Of a stretch of DNA of 32,000 nt, positions 25,273 to 32,000 are shown piece by piece (position 1 is the stretch's first letter; every line of letters starts with the position of its first letter). The notes below the pieces were generated by a model that was not told where the DNA came from, made no database searches, and saw only the letters and a list, made by a program, of their open reading frames with translations. The position numbers were made by a program, and so were the translations under genes. The stretch comes from an uncultured archaeon (GTDB lineage Archaea; Asgardarchaeota; Thorarchaeia; Thorarchaeales; Thorarchaeaceae): the NCBI GenBank assembly GCA_964354495.1, contig CAYHAA010000012.1, positions 30,001 to 62,000 of the forward strand, read 5' to 3'.

Positions 25273-26771
25273 TGGTCGTGGCAGCAATAGATGCCGGCAC
25301 AACTGGTGTGCGTTGCATGATCTCTGGTGCGAAAGGAGAACCACTAGGAATGAGTAGGCGGTCTTGGGACTACACTACTCCCGTCGATTTGGAGATAGCG
25401 AAGGAGTTTGATCCAGCGCATTTCTGGCACTTGATATGCACAGTTGTTCGAGAGGCAATCAAGACCTCTGGAGTGAAGGCTTCTGATATCTTAGCTGTGT
25501 CCACCACAAGCCAACGACATGGTGCGGTCTTTGTCGATAGGGCGGGAGTAGAAGTCTATGCAGGGCCGAATGTTGATGCGCGCGGAGCCATGACCCAGTA
25601 CATAATCGAAGAGTCGCTCGGCGAGAAGTACCATGAGATCACTGGCTGCTGGCCGCCGCTCATGTTCTCACCTGCACGACTGTCTTGGTTTGAAGAAGAG
25701 GCGCCAGACATCTTTGAATCAATAGCTCATATATTACCTATCAATGACTGGATAACCTATAGGCTTGGCGACACCTTCACCACCGACCCGTCTGCAGGTA
25801 GTGCTACAGGTTTCATGGACGTTCGAACCTGCAAGTGGAGCGATGAAGTCACCGAGGCCGTGGGCATCAACAGTGAGATTCTGCCAGAGATACACGAACC
25901 TGGAACCATCATAGGTGAGGTGACTGCAGAGGCGCACAAGGCATGTGGACTGCCCAAAGGACTTCAGATTGCTCAGGGTGGTGCAGATGCTCATTGCGCA
26001 CTTCTGGCAAGTACTGCTCAGCCCGGGGAGATTGTTGTCATTGCTGGTAGCACTGCACCTGTGATGATGATTCTGGACCAGTTCTTTTGTGATCCAGCTC
26101 ATAAGATTTGGACTGGCTGCCACATGATATATGGCAACTGGGTACTTGAGAGTAATGCAACCTTGACAGGTGCTTACCTGAACTGGGTGATCCGGCTTCT
26201 CTGCGAGCGTGCCAAGAACACAGAGAGATGCATTACGGATACTTTGAACCATCTCGATAAGATTCTCGCAGGCATTCCCCCGGGAAGCAATGAAACCTTC
26301 TTTGCATTGGGACCTAGCATAATGAACTGTCAACAGATTACTGATGTCAAGCAAGCCAAGATGGTCTTTCCACAACCAGCTCTACCTCAGGTAATTCCCC
26401 TGAACTCTGCTGGAATGATACATGCGGTTCTGGAGAACATTGCCTATGCAGTGAGAGGCAATTGTCTGCAGCTAGAAGCGCATCAGCAGGCGAGTTGCAT
26501 CAAGACAATCGGAGGCATGACACAGTCCAGAATCTGGCCTGAGATGCTAGCGAATATCCTTGGACGCCCTGTGCGAGCTCCAGTTCAACCAGAGGGCAGT
26601 CTTCTAGGGGCAGCAATATGCGCATCGACGGGGGCTGGTCAATATCGCAGACTGATGGATGCTGCCGAGGCAATGGTAAGATGGAAGTCCCCTGCCAATC
26701 CTGACGAACGAGCAGATTTATACAAGTCCTACTACTCCAAGTGGTCCAATATGTTCTGCGATGGTGCGTGA
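25272..26771 (+). CDS. FGGY-family carbohydrate kinase (YoaC/LsrK-like)
   Basis: IDAGTTGVR, TSQRHG, NVDARG, DWITYRL...DPS, GGAD, AGST, LENIAY, IGGMTQS...LANILG, GAAI. GTG start overlaps the upstream TAG. Confidence 0.88.
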   Translation: MVVAAIDAGTTGVRCMISGAKGEPLGMSRRSWDYTTPVDLEIAKEFDPAHFWHLICTVVREAIKTSGVKASDILAVSTTSQRHGAVFVDRAGVEVYAGPNVDARGAMTQYIIEESLGEKYHEITGCWPPLMFSPARLSWFEEEAPDIFESIAHILPINDWITYRLGDTFTTDPSAGSATGFMDVRTCKWSDEVTEAVGINSEILPEIHEPGTIIGEVTAEAHKACGLPKGLQIAQGGADAHCALLASTAQPGEIVVIAGSTAPVMMILDQFFCDPAHKIWTGCHMIYGNWVLESNATLTGAYLNWVIRLLCERAKNTERCITDTLNHLDKILAGIPPGSNETFFALGPSIMNCQQITDVKQAKMVFPQPALPQVIPLNSAGMIHAVLENIAYAVRGNCLQLEAHQQASCIKTIGGMTQSRIWPEMLANILGRPVRAPVQPEGSLLGAAICASTGAGQYRRLMDAAEAMVRWKSPANPDERADLYKSYYSKWSNMFCDGA

Positions 26772-26773
26772 GC

Positions 26774-27409
26774 ATGTACGAAGATGCAAAGAAAGAGATC
26801 TTAGACATCTGCCTGCAGATGGTGAAGAACAATCTAGTGATTGGGTCCTCCGGCAATGTCAGTGTCCGACTGGGCAACCATGTGGTCATAACAGCCAGTT
26901 CTATTCCCTATACTGAGATGAACAGCGACGATATGGTCGTTCTAGACATGACAGGCAAGGTTGTTGAAGGCAGCAAGAATCCCAGCACTGAAACCAAGAT
27001 GCACCTTGAGCTCTACAACACTCGAGAGGATGCCAAAGCAGTGGTCCATACACATAGTCTCTATGCGTCTGCCATGGCAGTCTTGAACGAACCGCTCCCT
27101 CCAATAATTGATGAAACTGTACCGAAACTTGGCTCTGAGATACGAGTAAGCAAGTATGCTGTGCCTGGGACCAAGGAACTTGCGAAGAACGTTAGCGCTG
27201 CAATAGAAGATCGAAGTGCTGCACTCATTGGCAATCATGGTGTTGTCTGTATTGGAAAGACATTGAAAGAAGCATTGCACCTCGCTATCGTTCTTGAACG
27301 TACCTGTAGAATATACCTGATTGCGAAACAGAGCGGAACTCCGCATCATCTTCCTGAAGAGGTAGTTGAAGATGAGCAAGATGTGTGGGAGATGATGAGA
27401 GGTTTCTGA
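26774..27409 (+). CDS. Class II aldolase/adducin family protein (fuculose-1-phosphate aldolase-like)
   Basis: GSSGNVSVR, PSTETKMHLELY, Zn ligands HTHS and NHG. Confidence 0.9.
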   Translation: MYEDAKKEILDICLQMVKNNLVIGSSGNVSVRLGNHVVITASSIPYTEMNSDDMVVLDMTGKVVEGSKNPSTETKMHLELYNTREDAKAVVHTHSLYASAMAVLNEPLPPIIDETVPKLGSEIRVSKYAVPGTKELAKNVSAAIEDRSAALIGNHGVVCIGKTLKEALHLAIVLERTCRIYLIAKQSGTPHHLPEEVVEDEQDVWEMMRGF

Positions 27410-29191
27410 ATGCCCGGCTATCACGGAAAGATCCTGGCGGCAGACCTCTCGAAGAAAGAAACAAATGTAATTACAATTGAAGAGCAGGTTGCTGCATCGT
27501 TCCTAGGAGGGAGTGGCTATGCCAGTCGTCTATTGTATGATTTACTGGACTCTAGCTGTGATCCTCTTGGCCCGAACAATATGCTGTTCTTCATGACCGG
27601 ACCCTTGACTGGCACCCTTGCCCCCTGCACTGGACGCCACGTGGTATGCGGGAAGTCCCCCATCACGGGACTCTGGGGTGAATCAAACGCTGGCGGTCAC
27701 TTTGGGTTTCGGCTGAAAGCCTCGGGATTTGATGGAATTCTGATCACCGGTGCCTCGGAGACTCCTCTCGTTCTCGATGTGAATAGTGGGCATGCCACCT
27801 TTCAGCCTGCTGATTACCTATGGGGGATGACCACTGGGGAAACTCAGAAGGCTCTGAAAAGCAATCAGAGAAGGATGCAAGTTGCTTGTATTGGCCCTGC
27901 AGGCGAGAATCTTGTCAAATTTGCGAGCATCGTAAACGATGAGAGAGTGGCTGCGCGGTGTGGTCTGGGAGCAGTCATGGGCTCAAAGAAATTGAAAGCT
28001 ATTACTGTTTCTGGGTCCCGCGGCACTCCTCTTGCCTTCCCTGATGAGTTTAGAGAGTTGGCGCGCTCATCCTCCAAGATTCTGGGTGAAGCAATGGGGA
28101 TGCTGCGTGACCAGGGTACTGCAATGTACATCGACGTCGGGATGATGTTCAACGACGTGCCTATCAAGTATTTCCAGGATATTGCGTTTGATGACGCTGA
28201 TCGCATTAATGCAAAAGCCCTCAGTGAAATACTCACAGGAAGAAGCGCTTGCCACTCCTGTCCGATCGCCTGTGGAAGGAGAATATCCATACCCGAGCTC
28301 AATCTTGAAGACGTTGCAGGACCCGAATATCAGACCCTTGCTGCATTTGGGACCAACCTCATGATATCAGACCTGAAGAAAATCGCACTGATGAACAATC
28401 TGTGCAACGAATATGGAATGGACACAATCAGTTGCGGTAGTACCATTGCTTTTGCCACTTATCTCTGTGATACAGGAAAGGCTGGCTACAACCTAAGATG
28501 GGCTGATCCAGACAAGGTGATTGACCTTATCCACATGATAGCTATGCGGGAGGAGATTGGTAACATCCTTGCAGAAGGATCGGTCGCGCTTGGAAAGACT
28601 CATGGAGCTGAAGAGTCTGTCCTTCATGTGAAAGGACTCGAGATCCCAAATCACGATCCCCGGGCATTCTCCGGTATGGCTACAGTCTACGCAACGGCGT
28701 CCCGCGGAGCCACCCATCTAGAGGGAGATATGTACAGCGTTGATATGGGCGCTGATGTACGAGAACTTGGGATAGCGGCTGGTGATCGACTGGAGAATGA
28801 GGCCAAAGGAATGACTGCAGCTCGAGCTCAAGATTTCAGGGCGTTCTGTGATTCCGTCATTATGTGTCACTTTGCTATTGTTCCTCTGAAGAGAATCATC
28901 GACCTTCTGAATCTGGCGATTGGTTCCTCATATCAGCTAGAAGACGTACTCAGAATCGGGAGCCGTGCGGTCACAATGAAGCGGCTCTTTAACCTGCGAT
29001 GTGGTCTTACGCCGCAGGATGATCGATTGCCGCCGCCTCTTTTGATACCTCAAGCTGAGAACGTGACTGATGGTTTTGTTCCAGATCTGGACCTACAGCT
29101 GCAGGACTATTACGACTATAGAAACTGGGACCGAGGCACGGGCAGGCCCCGAAGTGAAGCTCTACGCAAGTTGGGAATCAATGTGAGTTAG
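27410..29191 (+). CDS. aor: Tungsten aldehyde:ferredoxin oxidoreductase family protein
   Basis: GGSGYA, DPLGP.N, KSPITG...ESNAGG, IGPAGEN, R.GLGAVMGSKKLKA, CHSCPIAC, EYGMDTISCG, HVKGLEIPNHDPR, GATH, DDRLP. Confidence 0.92.
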   Translation: MPGYHGKILAADLSKKETNVITIEEQVAASFLGGSGYASRLLYDLLDSSCDPLGPNNMLFFMTGPLTGTLAPCTGRHVVCGKSPITGLWGESNAGGHFGFRLKASGFDGILITGASETPLVLDVNSGHATFQPADYLWGMTTGETQKALKSNQRRMQVACIGPAGENLVKFASIVNDERVAARCGLGAVMGSKKLKAITVSGSRGTPLAFPDEFRELARSSSKILGEAMGMLRDQGTAMYIDVGMMFNDVPIKYFQDIAFDDADRINAKALSEILTGRSACHSCPIACGRRISIPELNLEDVAGPEYQTLAAFGTNLMISDLKKIALMNNLCNEYGMDTISCGSTIAFATYLCDTGKAGYNLRWADPDKVIDLIHMIAMREEIGNILAEGSVALGKTHGAEESVLHVKGLEIPNHDPRAFSGMATVYATASRGATHLEGDMYSVDMGADVRELGIAAGDRLENEAKGMTAARAQDFRAFCDSVIMCHFAIVPLKRIIDLLNLAIGSSYQLEDVLRIGSRAVTMKRLFNLRCGLTPQDDRLPPPLLIPQAENVTDGFVPDLDLQLQDYYDYRNWDRGTGRPRSEALRKLGINVS

Positions 29192-29204
29192 CGTATGGGT
29201 ATGA

Positions 29205-29543
29205 TTAGTTCTTCAGTAGATGCTGCAATTTCATCAAGTCTCTTGCTGGTCCATCTGCCTTGATTTTGCCACTCATGAAGGCACGCATTGCTGAAAGGCT
29301 ACCGTTAAAGATGTCAGTGATGGTCTTACTGTCAGTCTTGATGGTCATGTCTGGGCTCTCAATCGCACCTCTCTCTACGGTGCCTTTTCCCTCAACAAAA
29401 ACGACCGAGATATCCATTCCCATATCTTCGAATTTCATGAGCAAGCTCCTGTTGAAGTTCACGAAGCGTTTTCGCATCTTCGGGTCTCCAGCCTTATCAA
29501 TCATATTTCGAATTGCTGTCAGAAGCTCTTCCTGTGTCACCAT
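29205..29543 (-). CDS. SCP2 sterol/lipid-binding domain protein (second paralogue)
   Basis: PDMTIKTDSKT...IFNGSLSAMRAFMSGKIKADG...LMKLQHLL. Confidence 0.82.
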   Translation of the reverse strand: MVTQEELLTAIRNMIDKAGDPKMRKRFVNFNRSLLMKFEDMGMDISVVFVEGKGTVERGAIESPDMTIKTDSKTITDIFNGSLSAMRAFMSGKIKADGPARDLMKLQHLLKN

Positions 29544-29656
29544 TAGTCAATCCCCTCTTTTGTGTACATCACTATGGAGGGTCACTGCTAGAAAAGTCTG
29601 TCGAGCAGCATCCTCTTCCGGCAGCTTATTCCGCTGTTTGAGTTCGAGCTAGCTGG

Positions 29657-30598
29657 GTGTTCAACTTTCAGACAGTACTTGACATTGCTGTGCAGTTTGG
29701 CCTCTTCTATGGCCTCATTCTAGTTGGATACCTATTAGCCAGACTATCAGGTAGAGGAAAAGTGGTCAATCGGCATCTCACATCTCTGCTCGTCAACTTA
29801 CTGATTCCCATTCTCTTCATCCAAACACTGCTCACCGCTTCTCCAGACTCCACTCTCGAGATACCTCTCATTGTGAGTCTATGTCTCCTTGTCAATCTTC
29901 TCGGCCCTGTGTTGATGTACATCAGGTTGTGGAGAAGCAATATCGACGATTCAACAAAGGGCGTCTATTACCTCTGTGTGACCTTCAACAATGCTCTTTT
30001 CATACCGCTCCCTCTGGTCATGATGTTCATAGGGATTACAGGGCTCCCAATTGTCATCATCTTCTCTCTTACGCAGATCATATTACTCGCCACACTTGGA
30101 TCGTTCATGGGAGCTGTGTACGGGGGCAAGACATCAGCGCCGCTGAAAATCGTGAAGGATGCGCTCATGTTTCCGCCCTTTCTGGCAGCGATCATCGCAC
30201 TGATCTTGTTCTCGATGCGAGTTCAATTGACAGGAGACCTTTCATTCGTACTCTCGTTTGCGGGTCCAATAACAACGTATCTTGCGTTGGTTTCAGTGGG
30301 TGTTGGCGTAGGAGTGCGATTCTCACTTGTTGACATAAGGGCTGCCCTAGAAGTCGTAGGAATAAGGCAGATACTGGTACCCCTCATCACGATACCAGTT
30401 ATCCTTCTCTCGGGGCTATCACATCTGCCCACGGTTATCATCATTCTTGAGGCTCTGATGCCACCAGCAGTCCTTACTGTCATCTACGCTACGAGCTTTG
30501 GGCTTGACGCCGAAAAGGCCGCGACTATTGTGACTGTTGGCACCCTATTCCTCCTGCCAATTATCCCAGCCATACCTTTTCTCCTGGGATACCCCTAG
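29657..30598 (+). CDS. AEC family (auxin efflux carrier/malate permease) transporter
   Basis: About ten TM segments, F.NALFIPLP and MPPAV motifs, ATIVTVGTL C-terminus. Confidence 0.85.
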   Translation: MFNFQTVLDIAVQFGLFYGLILVGYLLARLSGRGKVVNRHLTSLLVNLLIPILFIQTLLTASPDSTLEIPLIVSLCLLVNLLGPVLMYIRLWRSNIDDSTKGVYYLCVTFNNALFIPLPLVMMFIGITGLPIVIIFSLTQIILLATLGSFMGAVYGGKTSAPLKIVKDALMFPPFLAAIIALILFSMRVQLTGDLSFVLSFAGPITTYLALVSVGVGVGVRFSLVDIRAALEVVGIRQILVPLITIPVILLSGLSHLPTVIIILEALMPPAVLTVIYATSFGLDAEKAATIVTVGTLFLLPIIPAIPFLLGYP

Positions 30599-30647
30599 GC
30601 GCAATCTGAAGGCATATATCGAAGTCACGGGAACAACATGATGAGTT

Positions 30648-30971
30648 GTGTCAGTCTTGAGCAAACGCGAGTCAAAAAAGGAGCCTGCCAAAATCAAAGA
30701 GTCCCTTGATGACTTGGTCCAGAAGTTGGAGCAAGACAGTTCTTCCAGCACGAGTTGGAATGATTCAGTCGCATCCAACAGAGAGGACTGGGAGCATATC
30801 AAGAGCCAGATTCATGAACGTCAGAGGGCGTTGAAGCAGCTCGTGACCAATAAGAAAGCAGGACTGGTGGGGGTCGATGAATTCGAGGAGAAGTATCGGA
30901 AGCTACAGGATGAGCTTGCTGAACTTGAGACAGCCATCTATAACTTGCGCCTTGGTACTGATGTTAAGTAG
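30648..30971 (+). CDS. Small soluble coiled-coil protein of unknown function
   Basis: 107 aa, charged heptad-like helices, TATA-like CATATAT upstream; fills the gap between two genes. Confidence 0.6.
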   Translation: MSVLSKRESKKEPAKIKESLDDLVQKLEQDSSSSTSWNDSVASNREDWEHIKSQIHERQRALKQLVTNKKAGLVGVDEFEEKYRKLQDELAELETAIYNLRLGTDVK

Positions 30972-30982
30972 TCTTGATTGAG

Positions 30983-32000
30983 CTACTCTGCTCGAGCTCT
31001 CAGAATCAAGATGATTGTTTCGATTGTCACCACTATTCCGAGAGAAGCGACGAGGACTATTAGTCCAACGTTCACCGTCTCACTGTTAGTGCCCCCAGAT
31101 CTACCCTCTAAACCGGATACGAGGGCTCCAAGATTGAAGGTCATTAGGGAGAAGTAATCCAATTGAGCAAAGAACAGAGTCTTCCACCAGATCAGTATCC
31201 CTCCGTAGTCCGCCTGAAGTTGGTAAGCGAATTCGCCTCCTGCTTGGAATTGTGCAACATCAGAGCCAATGATTAGTTCAACTGTACGATTCCGTAGTGC
31301 ATTCTGGACTTCCAAGAGTTTGGCTCCGGAAATCGTGATACTTTCTACTACAAGAACAGTATCACACTGGATTCCGAATGCCTCAGCAACATATGCCTCT
31401 GCAGGGAAAACCGCAATGGCTCGCATATTTGAGAAACCTTGTGTCTCATCCAGTGAATCTATGAGTGACTGGAGATCATCCATCTTCTGAATAAATGACT
31501 CAAAATTGAAATTCCATGACTCGCTGAGAGTTACGTTCAATATTGAGAGTGCTGCACGCGTTGCATTGGCAATTGCAATAGCATTCCTAGGCAAGAGCCA
31601 GTATGCATGAGGATTGCCTCCCTGGCCATCGAGTTCCATCCCACCAGGCAAAGGTGAGAGCGCAGCGCCGTACTCATCATAGTTCTCCAAAGCAATCCCG
31701 TCATGCAGTGTTATGAACGGCGTTGCTGTTTCATTGGCAATATCCTCTTCCCAATGGAAGTGTCCTGTGAAAACCAATAGATCAGCGGCCTCTGCAATAG
31801 CCAAGACTGCAGGATTGACTGTGAATGAGTGTGGATCTGCTTCCTGCTCCATAAGGATAGATACTCTGACCAGTGATCCTCCAATCTCTTCTACAATACC
31901 TGCAAGCGAAGCAACAGACACAGCAACTTCATACACGGGTTGAACCTGTGCTTGAACATCCAGGGTTATCCCGCTAGTGACGAGAGGTACCACTAGCAAC
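30983..32000 (-). CDS. Zn/Mn ABC transporter substrate-binding protein (ZnuA/TroA-like), 5'-truncated by the window, C-terminal TM anchor
   Basis: E...GG..V.V..L.....DPHSF, NPHAYWL.P.NA..IA, and a C-terminal hydrophobic helix. Confidence 0.8.
   Translation of the reverse strand, partial: LLVVPLVTSGITLDVQAQVQPVYEVAVSVASLAGIVEEIGGSLVRVSILMEQEADPHSFTVNPAVLAIAEAADLLVFTGHFHWEEDIANETATPFITLHDGIALENYDEYGAALSPLPGGMELDGQGGNPHAYWLLPRNAIAIANATRAALSILNVTLSESWNFNFESFIQKMDDLQSLIDSLDETQGFSNMRAIAVFPAEAYVAEAFGIQCDTVLVVESITISGAKLLEVQNALRNRTVELIIGSDVAQFQAGGEFAYQLQADYGGILIWWKTLFFAQLDYFSLMTFNLGALVSGLEGRSGGTNSETVNVGLIVLVASLGIVVTIETIILILRARAE

Noticed and set aside
1-32000. CRISPR arrays, tRNAs, transposases, integrases, defence systems
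   Set aside because: I saw no regularly spaced repeats, cloverleaf/T-loop motifs or recombinase/nuclease motifs by eye; a tRNAscan/Infernal run would be the definitive check.

Overview
Tightly packed, anaerobic archaeal chromosome segment. HdrABC paralogues, a DUF2096-like gene, SCP2 proteins, TATA-like promoters and GGAGG/GAGGTG ribosome-binding sites point to an archaeon; Asgard (Thorarchaeia-like) or Bathyarchaeia is my inference only. Left to right: (1) hdrC-hdrB; (2) a membrane-anchored wHTH regulator and a very acidic secreted, membrane-anchored protein; (3) a stand-alone arrestin/Spo0M-fold gene; (4) a minus-strand operon of aconitase, ATP-citrate lyase (aclB, aclA) and isocitrate dehydrogenase, preceded by an unannotated 43-codon ORF and a strongly base-paired ~155-nt leader; (5) divergently, hdrA(tandem, MvhD-fused)-hdrC-hdrB, then a second tandem hdrA, DUF2096 and SCP2; (6) a wHTH regulator, a membrane protein and an ABC-2 exporter; (7) an operon of 2-hydroxyacid dehydrogenase, FGGY kinase, class II aldolase and tungsten aldehyde:ferredoxin oxidoreductase, whose first two genes resemble B. 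subtilis YoaD/YoaC as I recall them; (8) a second SCP2, an AEC transporter, a small coiled-coil protein and a partial ZnuA-like binding protein. I see no rRNA, tRNA, CRISPR array or mobile element. All family assignments come from motif recognition, not database searches.
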